A stretch of 64,000 nucleotides of DNA from Prevotella sp. (lineage in GTDB: Bacteria > Bacteroidota > Bacteroidia > Bacteroidales > Bacteroidaceae), in assembly GCA_017469955.1 (NCBI GenBank), contig JAFUFJ010000002.1:15695-79694 (forward strand), written 5' to 3'. The notes beneath the pieces are model-generated. The model ran no database searches. It had not been told where the DNA came from and saw only the letters and a list, made by a program, of their open reading frames with translations. Shown piece after piece: positions 8,219 to 17,669 of this stretch. Position numbers and translations under genes: made by a program. Position 1 is the stretch's first letter. Each line of letters starts with the position of its first letter.

Positions 8219-9559
8219 CTATTTCAGAATGATTTTTCGGCTTGCCTTGATGCTGTTGTCCTGTTGCTGGATAATGGTATAGAGCCCGGGGGTTGCGATA
8301 GACAGCTGTGTAGAGGCCTGTCCTGCGGGAACAGCGATTCGTTTTATCTGTGCTCCTGTGGCTGAATAGGCTATGATTTCCGAGTTTTTCGCTTGATTTC
8401 CGTCCAGATACACGTTGATGGCCGTGCCTTTTGGCGCAATGATGGGGGTGACTGACAGTTGTGCCGGGGCAGTTTCTATCTTCTTGATGCTGTTGGTTGA
8501 ACGGTCGACAAGATAGAATACCGTGCAACGTTGCTCGTCTTTGTAGCCCTCAAAGGCCAGATAGGTCTTGGTTCCGATGGTGATAACAAAGGCATAATGG
8601 GGCGAAATGCTCGCTTCAAACCCATCGTCAAACAGCAATTCCTTGACTGTTTTCCCGCTTGTGTCGACAATTTGAAACCCTGTCAAGGCAAGGAATGGCT
8701 GCTCGGAAATGACGATTTTGCGCTTCAATTCAATGGTTTCTTCTCCAGAGGGGTCGTATGGCTCGTCGTGAATATCGGAATTTCCGCTTCCTTTGGCTGA
8801 CATAGCATATCTGGGAATGATGTATTCAAACTCATCATCATCGTTGAATAGCGTTTGCGACACTTCGAAATAACAGTCAGAACGGCCATCCCCATGATTC
8901 AGATTGATATTGCAAAGCAGGAGCGCATGAAGCGTTTCCTGCATGTTCTCGCTGTGGGTTCCCGTAGTGTGCCATTCGGTATATGCAACAGAATAGGAAG
9001 CCCTGCAGGAGTACATCTGCCCATTTTTGCAGCGCCAATACAGCCGGGGATATTGTTTTCCGAAATAGTTGTAGTTGAAGTACAGTTGCTCTATGGGCAA
9101 GTAGGGGTTGCTGCTCAGGTCGTATGTGATGAGGCTGTCGCCGTCAGACTCCGTCGTTATGGTTAGCCTTGAGGCGGTGAAAGACGGATCAGTGGCTGCT
9201 TGCCGGGCGGTCCACTCGTCGAATGTCAGGTAGAGGCATTCCTCGTGCTCGTCGGAAATGACTACCTTTTCCACCTCTCTTTCCTCGTCTTGATAGGTCA
9301 GTCGGTAGTCAAATGTATGCTCTTGTCCTCGTTTGACGGTCTGAATCAGTTCAAGGTCTTCATTGTATATCAGCAGATTTTCTTCGTCGGAGTTGTCATA
9401 AAGGGTGAGCAGGGGCATGCCTGTGTGGCAGAACTCTTTGGGAATGGAGATGGCATTGTGGCTGGGATACCCCAGGTCGGCCTGCCCTGTAGTCGTGATC
9501 TGGGCCGTCGATGCCAGTGCATAGGCTGCCATCAAAGGCAGAAAGGAAAGTCTTTTCAT
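8219..9559 (-). CDS. secreted hypothetical protein with probable C-terminal T9SS (type A) sorting domain
   Basis: Signal peptide MKRLSFLPLMAAYALASTAQ; C-terminus ...IIAYSATGAQI...PGLYTI...RKIILK resembles a T9SS CTD. Confidence 0.7.
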   Translation of the reverse strand: MKRLSFLPLMAAYALASTAQITTTGQADLGYPSHNAISIPKEFCHTGMPLLTLYDNSDEENLLIYNEDLELIQTVKRGQEHTFDYRLTYQDEEREVEKVVISDEHEECLYLTFDEWTARQAATDPSFTASRLTITTESDGDSLITYDLSSNPYLPIEQLYFNYNYFGKQYPRLYWRCKNGQMYSCRASYSVAYTEWHTTGTHSENMQETLHALLLCNINLNHGDGRSDCYFEVSQTLFNDDDEFEYIIPRYAMSAKGSGNSDIHDEPYDPSGEETIELKRKIVISEQPFLALTGFQIVDTSGKTVKELLFDDGFEASISPHYAFVITIGTKTYLAFEGYKDEQRCTVFYLVDRSTNSIKKIETAPAQLSVTPIIAPKGTAINVYLDGNQAKNSEIIAYSATGAQIKRIAVPAGQASTQLSIATPGLYTIIQQQDNSIKASRKIILK

Positions 9560-9582
9560 GTTGGCAAATGGTTGTTGTGGTT

Positions 9583-9667
9583 TGTACATCTTAGGTGTAT
9601 GAGGCATACATGTGCCATGTATGGACTGTACATCACATGTGTATGGAGTATACCGGCGGGATGTATG
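9583..9667. repeat. four 19-bp near-palindromes (CATACAT-N5-ATGTATG) at 22-bp period
   Basis: Units at 9583 TGTACATCTTAGGTGTATG, 9605 CATACATGTGCCATGTATG, 9627 TGTACATCACATGTGTATG, 9649 TATACCGGCGGGATGTATG. Confidence 0.8.
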
Positions 9668-9706
9668 CTGACGGTAGGATGGGGGACAGTGGCAGCAAGG
9701 GCCGGA

Positions 9707-10933
9707 CTATAGCCGTCCTTGCTCGCCGAGATAGCTGTCTTTGAAGCCGAGGAAGTAGAGCACTCCGTCGAGTCCTATCGTATTAATGCTCTGTTTGGCG
9801 TTGGCAACGACGCGGGGTTTGGCGTGGAAGGCAATGCCAAGACCGGCTTCACTGAGCATCGGAAGGTCGTTAGCTCCGTCGCCTACGGCAATGGTCTGTG
9901 CTATATGTACCTTTTCTACCTGCGCAATGAGCTTGAGAAGTTCAGCTTTCCGATGTCCGTCCACAATCTCTCCTACGTATCGGCCAGTCAGTTTTCCGTC
10001 GCTGTCGATCTCAAGCTCGTTGGCATAGACATAGTCGATGCCGTAGCGACGTTGCAGATATTCGCCGAAATAGGTGAATCCGCCACTGAGGATGGCAATT
10101 TTGTAGCCGCATGTCTTTAGGATGTTCATGAGTCTGTCGACACCTTCGGTGATGGGAAGGTTCTCGGCAATCTCCTTCATTACGCTGACGTCAAGCCCTT
10201 TAAGCAAGGCAACGCGCTGGGCAAAGCTCTCCCGGAAGTCGATCTCGCCACGCATGGCACGCTCGGTAATGGCCTTTACTTGCTCGCCGACTCCGGCCTT
10301 CACGGCCAGTTCATCAATGCATTCAGTCTGGATGAGAGTAGAGTCCATGTCGAAACAGATGAGCCTTCGCATGCGCCGATACATGTCGTCACGCTGGAAA
10401 GAAAAGTCCATCTCCATCTTCGACGATATTTTCATCAGGTCGGCTTGCATCTGTTGACGGTCTTTTGGCGTACCGCGAAGCGAGAATTCGATGCAGGCTC
10501 TCCCTGTTGGAGACGGGTGTTGTATGCTCATTCGGCCCGTCAAGCGGCGGATAGAGTCGATGTTGAGCCCCTGCTCGGCAATGACTTCAGTGGCTGACTC
10601 GATCTGCTTGGCAGACAGAGTCCTGCCGATGATGGTCAGGATATACCGGTGCTTACCCTGACGACCGACCCAGGCTTCGTATTCTTCGTCGGTCACTGGT
10701 GCGAATCCAATGTTGACTCCAAGCTCGGTTGTCTTGAAGAGTAACTCCTTCATCACTTGTCCTGAACTCTTTTCATCGATGCGAATGAGGATGCCAAGCG
10801 AAAGGGTTGAGTGGATGTCGGCTTGTCCGATATCGAGAATTTGGGCGTCATAGGTAGAAAGGACGCTCATGATCTGGGCTGTGAGACCTGGCCGGTCTTG
10901 TCCGTTGATGCGAATGAGAATCTGCTCTTTCAT
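9707..10933 (-). CDS. serB: phosphoserine phosphatase with two N-terminal ACT domains
   Basis: GQDRPGLT ACT motif, HAD motif FDMDSTLI, LSGGF, VGDGANDL. Confidence 0.95.
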   Translation of the reverse strand: MKEQILIRINGQDRPGLTAQIMSVLSTYDAQILDIGQADIHSTLSLGILIRIDEKSSGQVMKELLFKTTELGVNIGFAPVTDEEYEAWVGRQGKHRYILTIIGRTLSAKQIESATEVIAEQGLNIDSIRRLTGRMSIQHPSPTGRACIEFSLRGTPKDRQQMQADLMKISSKMEMDFSFQRDDMYRRMRRLICFDMDSTLIQTECIDELAVKAGVGEQVKAITERAMRGEIDFRESFAQRVALLKGLDVSVMKEIAENLPITEGVDRLMNILKTCGYKIAILSGGFTYFGEYLQRRYGIDYVYANELEIDSDGKLTGRYVGEIVDGHRKAELLKLIAQVEKVHIAQTIAVGDGANDLPMLSEAGLGIAFHAKPRVVANAKQSINTIGLDGVLYFLGFKDSYLGEQGRL

Positions 10934-11077
10934 GATCAATCGTTTATTGGTTTGGAAAAATTGGCGGTTGAATTGGGGTGACATTTGACGGTCATGGAGG
11001 CTGGTTGTCGGGCGGTTTGGAAAGAAGCGACTCTCACGAAACGGCCAAACGGCCACTCCCCGGACGGCCAATCAAGG

Positions 11078-12577
11078 CTATCTTGTTGCCCTGAACCCTT
11101 CCATATTGATGTATCTGCGCTTCATCATGCGGTTGTAGATGTTGCGTAGCCATAGCCTGTGAGTAGCTATAAAGGCAATGCCTATCAGTAGAAGGGCAAG
11201 GTAGGAGACGGTGTTTCCGAAGGCGGCTTGTATGAGTCGTACAAAGAAAATGGGCATAAAGAATACCGCAAGTTCTATGAGTATTTGGAAATAGTTGTTT
11301 TCCATACCTCCTTTCCCGATGAATTTCGTGTTGAGAGGGACGGTCGTCTTGTTGTAGACTGCTATTTGAAACATCATGAAATATTGGAACCCTGCGGTGA
11401 AAACGCCATAGGAAAGCAACATCAGCGGCGACCATTTGCCGGCAAATACCGTAGGAAGCATGAGCAGCAACGGAAGGATGAGCAAGGCCGTAAACAATAT
11501 ATACTTAGCCTGAAACAGCGAAAGGATGTTCTCTTTGCGAACCATCAGGCAGTCAATATAGTTTCCTTCGTTGCACATGATGCGCGTCAGCATGGTGGCT
11601 CCATAGATGATAAAGTTGTAGATACACCAGAAATTGGCCATATAAGGCTGGTCGTAGACCTCGGTGAAGGCAATGATGATGCTTAGTACCAGCACCAAAA
11701 GGGTTGCCGTGATGAAGCTTTTGCGCGGGTTTTTGTTGCGCATGATGCTCTTTATTTCCAGTTGAATGTACTGTCCCACCTCTCCATATCGGTCTAAAAA
11801 CGCAAATCGGGTGACGCTATGCAGTTTGGTAGTCTCGGTCTTTGACAGTTCGCGCCATATATTTGAATATTGGAGTCGTCGGTTGATGGCCACGACAATG
11901 ATGAGCATTGTCAGGATGATGGCTATCGGAAGCGGGTTGCCTTCCTCAAACTTGCGCCCGGGCCATGCATAGATGTCGAAGAAGACATCAAAGCCATTAA
12001 GAATCCAAGGCAGGGCCATCAAGGCAAAAAAGACCACTGGAAGCGCCCACCACAGGATGCCGTTGGTGATTAATGTGCGGACAATCGTATAGCATTGGCT
12101 GCTTAAGACGAAAAGAATCCAGAAGAATAACAGCATTAACGTCGTCGACCAGAGGCCATAACTGAAGGCGACGGACATGATGGCATAAGGCACTAACATG
12201 AAAAACCACAGCAGATTGCCACTGCTGAAGATGGAGGTTGCCATGAAGTTGTCAATGCAAGCATAGCGATAAAGGGGTAGCAAAACGTAGGGCTTTATCA
12301 GTTGAGAAGGCGTCTGCTGCATTAGAAAACGGACGAAAAAGTCGATGACGAAAAGGAAAGGAGCTATGCCGCAGATAAATTCCAACGACGTAAGAGACTC
12401 ACTCCCGTTGATGATGAGCGAAAACATGATGGCAAAGCCTACCAGATAGACTACCATTAACGACCACATCACCCAGACGATATATTTGGCTACTTTGTTT
12501 TTCTCGTAGTCTATGCTTCGCTTTTCGGCTAATTTCCGATGTCGTCGAAGCTCTTTGAACAACTGAAACCGGTTCAT
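11078..12577 (-). CDS. DUF5687-type multi-pass membrane protein (putative ABC permease)
   Basis: About 12 hydrophobic segments; QQTPSQLIKPYVLLP, EIKSIMRNK, C-terminal RRYINMEGFR. Confidence 0.7.
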   Translation of the reverse strand: MNRFQLFKELRRHRKLAEKRSIDYEKNKVAKYIVWVMWSLMVVYLVGFAIMFSLIINGSESLTSLEFICGIAPFLFVIDFFVRFLMQQTPSQLIKPYVLLPLYRYACIDNFMATSIFSSGNLLWFFMLVPYAIMSVAFSYGLWSTTLMLLFFWILFVLSSQCYTIVRTLITNGILWWALPVVFFALMALPWILNGFDVFFDIYAWPGRKFEEGNPLPIAIILTMLIIVVAINRRLQYSNIWRELSKTETTKLHSVTRFAFLDRYGEVGQYIQLEIKSIMRNKNPRKSFITATLLVLVLSIIIAFTEVYDQPYMANFWCIYNFIIYGATMLTRIMCNEGNYIDCLMVRKENILSLFQAKYILFTALLILPLLLMLPTVFAGKWSPLMLLSYGVFTAGFQYFMMFQIAVYNKTTVPLNTKFIGKGGMENNYFQILIELAVFFMPIFFVRLIQAAFGNTVSYLALLLIGIAFIATHRLWLRNIYNRMMKRRYINMEGFRATR

Positions 12578-12590
12578 CTTGTTGGTTGAC

Positions 12591-13211
12591 TTATCGCAAA
12601 TCAATGATTTCTGCAGTGGGACATTCTTTTTGATTGAAGTTGAAAAGGCCGTCAGCCAAGTTCTTAGACTGGAAGTTGGAAATGTTGATGGTCGTCCATC
12701 CCTGGCTTTGCAGCATCTTTATCTGAGACGGGATTGACGTTGACCTGTTGATGGTAATGACCATTTGCTGGACGGGTTGCTTCTTTTGAGCCTGGAGAGT
12801 TACAACATAGTTGCTTCCCTTTGTGACCATTGACAGGTCATATCCTGTCCTATAAAGATTAATAAAGGTATAGGGGTTCATCGTGTTCTGCTCCTCCTTG
12901 TTCGGAGTTGTGACGTTGACCTCGTCCGTGTCGGCCATGTATGACCATTGGGTCTTCCCGTTATACCAGACAATAGCCTCTGAAGTCTTGGCCTTGAACT
13001 TGTTGCCCTTGATGGAAATCGTTCCAGATGCTTTGCTTGAATTGGGAAATGCGATGCTGAAATTGGCAGAAGTTCCGCTCTTTTTTCCAACGATGCCGGC
13101 AGTCTTGTCGAGCACTTTCTTGGCTTGAGGGGCAGAATTCTGGGCAACAGATGTGAGGCCTATGCCCCACAACAGGGTGATAAGTATCGTGTGTATCTTC
13201 ATCTTCATCAT
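12591..13211 (-). CDS. lolA: outer-membrane lipoprotein carrier LolA-like protein
   Basis: Signal peptide, WYNGKTQWSY..EVNVT, C-terminal AEIIDLR; directly downstream of ftsK. Confidence 0.8.
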   Translation of the reverse strand: MMKMKIHTILITLLWGIGLTSVAQNSAPQAKKVLDKTAGIVGKKSGTSANFSIAFPNSSKASGTISIKGNKFKAKTSEAIVWYNGKTQWSYMADTDEVNVTTPNKEEQNTMNPYTFINLYRTGYDLSMVTKGSNYVVTLQAQKKQPVQQMVITINRSTSIPSQIKMLQSQGWTTINISNFQSKNLADGLFNFNQKECPTAEIIDLR

Positions 13212-13212
13212 G

Positions 13213-15642
13213 TCATTTGAGTTGTGAAATAATGTTTCCTAATTGATTAATGTCGCTGACAAGCACGTCGCGTGGCTTGCTTCCCATTGCCGGGCCGACG
13301 ATACCGGCTTTCTCTAACTGGTCCATGAGGCGTCCGGCTCGGTTATAGCCAATAGAGAATCGGCGTTGAATCATGCTGGTAGAGCCCTGTTGAGTGCTGA
13401 TAATAGCGTGTGCAGCCTCTTCAAACAATGGGTCGATACTGCCTCCGATATCCCCACTTACGCTTCCTCCTCCATCATTAGACTCGACAGCTGGCTCAGG
13501 CAGTTCTAAGGGTTCTACAGGTCCTGGCTGCTTCTCAATGTATTCATTGATTCTCTCTACTTCTGGCGTGTCAACAAAAGCACATTGTACACGCACAGGG
13601 TCGCTGCCGTTAAGGAAGAGCATGTCGCCACGCCCGATAAGCTGATTAGCCCCGGGTTTGTCAAGAATGGTGCGCGAATCGATCATCGCACTCACCTTGA
13701 AAGCCATGCGGCCAGGGAAATTGGCCTTAATCGTTCCCGTGATGATATTGGTGGTTGGTCGCTGAGTGGCTATGACCATGTGGATGCCTACGGCACGAGC
13801 CAACTGGGCAATACGGCAGATAGGCTTCTCGATTTCTTTGCCTGCAGTCATGATTAGGTCACCAAACTCGTCGATGACAACCACGATATACGGCATGAAC
13901 TCATGTCCGTCTGTTCGTCTTAGCTTGTGGTTGACATACTTGTCATTATATTCTTTGATGTTTCTGGCGCCGGCAAGTTTTAACAAGTCGTATCGGGTAT
14001 CCATCAAAGCACAAAGGCTATTCAGGGTGCGTACTACCTTTGTTACATCGGTAATGATAGGCTCTTCTTCGTTTTCAGGCAGACATGCCATGAAGTGTTT
14101 TGCAATAGGAAGATAAATACTGAACTCAACCTTCTTCGGATCGATGAGCACTATCTTCATCTCGTTTGGATGTTTCTTGTAGAGTAGGGAGGTGATAATG
14201 GCATTCAGACCTACCGATTTACCCTGACCAGTAGCACCGGCAACGAGCAGATGTGGTATCTTTGCTAAGTCTGCCATATAGACTTCGTTGGTAATAGTCT
14301 TGCCAAGTGCGATGGGAAGGTCCATCTTTGTATCCTGGAATTTCTTTGAGTTCAGGATACTTTCCATAGACACTATATTCGGTTTCTTGTTGGGAACCTC
14401 TATACCAATGGTGCCTTTACCTGGAATTGGGGCAATGATACGCACGCCAAGAGCTGCCAATGACAAGGCAATATCGTCCTCAAGATTCTTGATCTTTGCA
14501 ATACGTACTCCTGGCGCAGGAGTGAGTTCATAGAGTGTAATCGTAGGACCAACGGTAGCTTTGATTTCACTGATGGCCACTCCAAAGGAGTTTAGTACTT
14601 TGACAATGTTTGCGTTGTTGGTCTTAATCTCCTCCATATCCACAGTGGGACGACCGTCATTATCGTACCTTTTGAGAAGGTTGAGCGTGGGATATTTATA
14701 CCGGGTAAACGGTTCTTTGGGATTAATAGGTGTAGAAAGGTCGATTTCTTCTTCGACAGTCTTTCCTTTTGCCTTTTCTTCTTCTTTGCCAACTTCCACG
14801 TCTACGCTAATGTCACCTTTCTTTTTCTCTTCCTTTTTATCGGGCTCTTCGGAGATAACATCTACTGCTTTGGGTTCATCGATGTTGCCAAAGTCGGTCA
14901 AATCTATGGTTGTTGACGGTTCCTGATCCTCAGGATCGGAATCGTATTCCTCTTCTTCGGTTTTGTCTTCAGGGGATTGACTGGTGTTGATTACCGTAAA
15001 TTTGATCTTGTTCGTAAGATATTTGACGGGATTCAATGCCTTCTGGAAGAACTTTATAGTCTCATTACTGACAAAGACCATGAAGATAATGGCTGTGACA
15101 ATCAGGATGGCAGCTAATCCGGGTTCTCCAACAACCTGCTCTATCTTTTCCACACAGAATAGCCCATGTGCCCCTCCAGGGTTGTAATGTGCAGCACCCA
15201 TGAAAGGTGTAAGGAACTTTGCAAGGGCAACCGACGCCCATACCATTATGACAACAAGGCCGAAGAACCATTTCCAGAGGTTCACTTTGTAGATGCCCAT
15301 CAGGCGCAATCCTACCAAAAGCGTGAATAATGGGATGGCAAAGGCGGGAAGACCAAAGTTCTGTGTGATGAGGAAATAGGCGATAATAGCCCCAAAACTC
15401 TTGCAATAGTTGGCGAACTGGTGGTTGGGATTCAGCCATTCTCCCGTTTTCATGTTCTCCAGAATGCTTTGGTCTGCGGCCCCAGTATTTAGGTAGGATA
15501 CCATTGCAATGGCTGTGTATACGGTTAAAGCCAACATCAATAAGCCGAGGATGAAGTCTGTTTTCTCATTGCTGAATATATCTTTGAATCCCAGAACCTC
15601 TCCGGCACTCTTCTGCTTCTTTTGGTTTTTCTTCTTTGCCAT
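13213..15642 (-). CDS. ftsK: DNA translocase FtsK
   Basis: N-terminal TM domain, PHLLVAGATGQGKS, IDEFGDL, ATQRP, gamma domain QRRFSIGYNRAGR. Confidence 0.97.
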   Translation of the reverse strand: MAKKKNQKKQKSAGEVLGFKDIFSNEKTDFILGLLMLALTVYTAIAMVSYLNTGAADQSILENMKTGEWLNPNHQFANYCKSFGAIIAYFLITQNFGLPAFAIPLFTLLVGLRLMGIYKVNLWKWFFGLVVIMVWASVALAKFLTPFMGAAHYNPGGAHGLFCVEKIEQVVGEPGLAAILIVTAIIFMVFVSNETIKFFQKALNPVKYLTNKIKFTVINTSQSPEDKTEEEEYDSDPEDQEPSTTIDLTDFGNIDEPKAVDVISEEPDKKEEKKKGDISVDVEVGKEEEKAKGKTVEEEIDLSTPINPKEPFTRYKYPTLNLLKRYDNDGRPTVDMEEIKTNNANIVKVLNSFGVAISEIKATVGPTITLYELTPAPGVRIAKIKNLEDDIALSLAALGVRIIAPIPGKGTIGIEVPNKKPNIVSMESILNSKKFQDTKMDLPIALGKTITNEVYMADLAKIPHLLVAGATGQGKSVGLNAIITSLLYKKHPNEMKIVLIDPKKVEFSIYLPIAKHFMACLPENEEEPIITDVTKVVRTLNSLCALMDTRYDLLKLAGARNIKEYNDKYVNHKLRRTDGHEFMPYIVVVIDEFGDLIMTAGKEIEKPICRIAQLARAVGIHMVIATQRPTTNIITGTIKANFPGRMAFKVSAMIDSRTILDKPGANQLIGRGDMLFLNGSDPVRVQCAFVDTPEVERINEYIEKQPGPVEPLELPEPAVESNDGGGSVSGDIGGSIDPLFEEAAHAIISTQQGSTSMIQRRFSIGYNRAGRLMDQLEKAGIVGPAMGSKPRDVLVSDINQLGNIISQLK

Positions 15643-15681
15643 ATATGGTGTTGTTTGTATGCGAAATGTCAAAAATATGTG

Positions 15682-15740
15682 CAAAAATAGCGAATTAAAG
15701 TCATAAACGCATACAATTTCGCACTTTTTTTCTAATTTTG
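15682..15740. promoter_or_regulatory. divergent sigma-A promoters (ftsK and exonuclease operon)
   Basis: TATTTTTG on the minus strand 15689-15682; TAATTTTG on the plus strand 15733-15740. Confidence 0.6.
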
Positions 15741-15762
15741 CATATTGTTTTAAGTTGAATCA

Positions 15763-16416
15763 ATGAGTAGAATCATATATAATAAGTATGACAAGGTTCA
15801 AATGAACACGCTTCCTCCGGTTGCTTTTGAGGGGAATATTTATGTCATATTGAATGAGCTTGAAGCGAAAAAGGCTGTTGACTTTCTGCTTACTCAGCCG
15901 GTCTTAGGTGTTGATACTGAGACACGTCCCTCGTTTAAGAAGGGCGAGACCCATCCCGTCTCACTTTTGCAAGTGTCTACCGAATCGGTGTGTTTCCTGT
16001 TCCGATTGAACAGAATGGGAATATCTTCTTCCGTAAAAAGGCTGCTGGAGAATACGCAAGTTCCTATGATAGGTCTTTCCTGGCATGACGATTTACTGTC
16101 ACTTCATCGACGTGGAGACTTCACTCCGGGCTTGTTTATTGACCTTCAAGACGTTGTGGGCCGCATTGGAATTGAAGACCTTAGCCTTCAAAAACTATAT
16201 GCAAATATCTTTGGAAAGAAGATGAGCAAGCGTCAACGCCTGTCTAATTGGGATGCTGATGTCTTGAATCCAAAGCAGCAGTTATATGCAGCAACCGATG
16301 CTTGGGCCTGTGTTATGTTGTATAAGGAGATCTTGGCGCTTGAAGTCTCTGGTGACTATGAGTTCGTTCGCAGTCCTGAGCCAGCGGTTGAAAATGATGT
16401 TGAAACGAAAAAATGA
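15763..16416 (+). CDS. 3'-5' exonuclease (DEDDy, RNase D/WRN-like)
   Basis: GVDTETRP, LLQVS, LSNWD, YAATDAW. Confidence 0.9.
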   Translation: MSRIIYNKYDKVQMNTLPPVAFEGNIYVILNELEAKKAVDFLLTQPVLGVDTETRPSFKKGETHPVSLLQVSTESVCFLFRLNRMGISSSVKRLLENTQVPMIGLSWHDDLLSLHRRGDFTPGLFIDLQDVVGRIGIEDLSLQKLYANIFGKKMSKRQRLSNWDADVLNPKQQLYAATDAWACVMLYKEILALEVSGDYEFVRSPEPAVENDVETKK

Positions 16417-17627
16417 TTCTTATGTATAAGTCAGTCTGTTTGAAACGAGGCAAAGAAGAGAGCCTCTTGCGTTTTCATCCCTGGGTGTTTTCTGGTGCCA
16501 TCGAGTCTGTTGACGATGGTATAGAGGAAGGCGATTTGGTGAGAGTCGTGTCGAAGACAGGCGATTTCATCGGGATAGGCCATTATCAAATAGGCTCTAT
16601 TGCCGTTCGTGTCTTGTCTTTCCGTGACATACCGATAGATAATCTCTTTTGGCAGTCTCGTCTTAGATCGGCATTGCAGTTAAGGGTGTCGTTAGGAGTC
16701 GTGCCTTGGGAGCACGAGTTCACTGCCCAGTCACGGCGTAATGACACGTTTCGTCTGGTCCATGGCGAAGGCGATAATCTTCCGGGATTGGTCATTGACT
16801 GCTATGGAGAAGTGGCTGTCATGCAGGCACATAGTGTGGGAATGCATATTAACCGGAAAGATATCTGTGAGGCATTGATAGCAGTAGCGGGCAATCACAT
16901 CAAACATGTCTATTATAAAAGCGAGACAACGTTGCCGTATAAGGCCAACCTTGGGCAGGAGAACGGGTTCCTCTACGGTGGAACACCTGACTGTATCGCC
17001 CAGGAAAATGGTTTGCTTTTCCATGTAGACTGGCTGCGAGGACAGAAGACAGGCTTCTTTGTTGACCAACGAGAGAACAGGAGTCTGCTTGAGAAATATG
17101 CAGGAGGCCGGTCGGTATTGAACATGTTCTGCTATACAGGTGGCTTCTCTGTCTATGCAATGCGTGGCGGAGCTAAGCTGGTTCACTCGGTAGACAGTAG
17201 TGCAAAGGCGATAGATCTGACCCATCGCAACGTAGCCTTGAACTTCTCAGGCGACCAACGTCACGAGGCCTTTTGCGAGGATGCTTTCCGGTATCTCGAC
17301 TCAAACACCAACAAATACGACTTGATAGTGCTTGATCCTCCTGCCTTTGCAAAGCATCGTGCAGCACTGAAGAATGCTTTGAAAGGATACACTCGGCTCA
17401 ATCTGAAGGGCTTTGAATCAATTAAGTCGGACGGAATCCTCTTTACATTCAGCTGTTCACAAGTCGTGACAAAAGACCATTTCCGCAATGCAGTGTTTAC
17501 GGCAGCGGCTCAGGCTGGCCGTAAAGTACGCATACTTCACCAGTTACATCAGCCTGCCGACCATCCCATTAACATCTACCATCCTGAGGGAGAATACCTT
17601 AAAGGCTTGGTGTTGTATGTGGAATAG
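16413..17627 (+). CDS. rlmI: class I SAM-dependent rRNA methyltransferase, RlmI-like (PUA + MTase)
   Basis: HPWVFSGAI, HGEGDNLPGL, QKTGFFVDQR, FCYTGGFS, LDPPAF, EGEYLK. Confidence 0.85.
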   Translation: MILMYKSVCLKRGKEESLLRFHPWVFSGAIESVDDGIEEGDLVRVVSKTGDFIGIGHYQIGSIAVRVLSFRDIPIDNLFWQSRLRSALQLRVSLGVVPWEHEFTAQSRRNDTFRLVHGEGDNLPGLVIDCYGEVAVMQAHSVGMHINRKDICEALIAVAGNHIKHVYYKSETTLPYKANLGQENGFLYGGTPDCIAQENGLLFHVDWLRGQKTGFFVDQRENRSLLEKYAGGRSVLNMFCYTGGFSVYAMRGGAKLVHSVDSSAKAIDLTHRNVALNFSGDQRHEAFCEDAFRYLDSNTNKYDLIVLDPPAFAKHRAALKNALKGYTRLNLKGFESIKSDGILFTFSCSQVVTKDHFRNAVFTAAAQAGRKVRILHQLHQPADHPINIYHPEGEYLKGLVLYVE

Positions 17628-17669
17628 CGTGGGAATGATGCTTGCAACATGCCATAAAATGAGATAGAA

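Noticed and set aside
10961-11071. TTG(G/A)CGGT and ACGGCCA motifs upstream of serB
   Set aside because: Irregular spacing (24, 24, then 8 and 15) and low complexity; no consistent unit can be defined.
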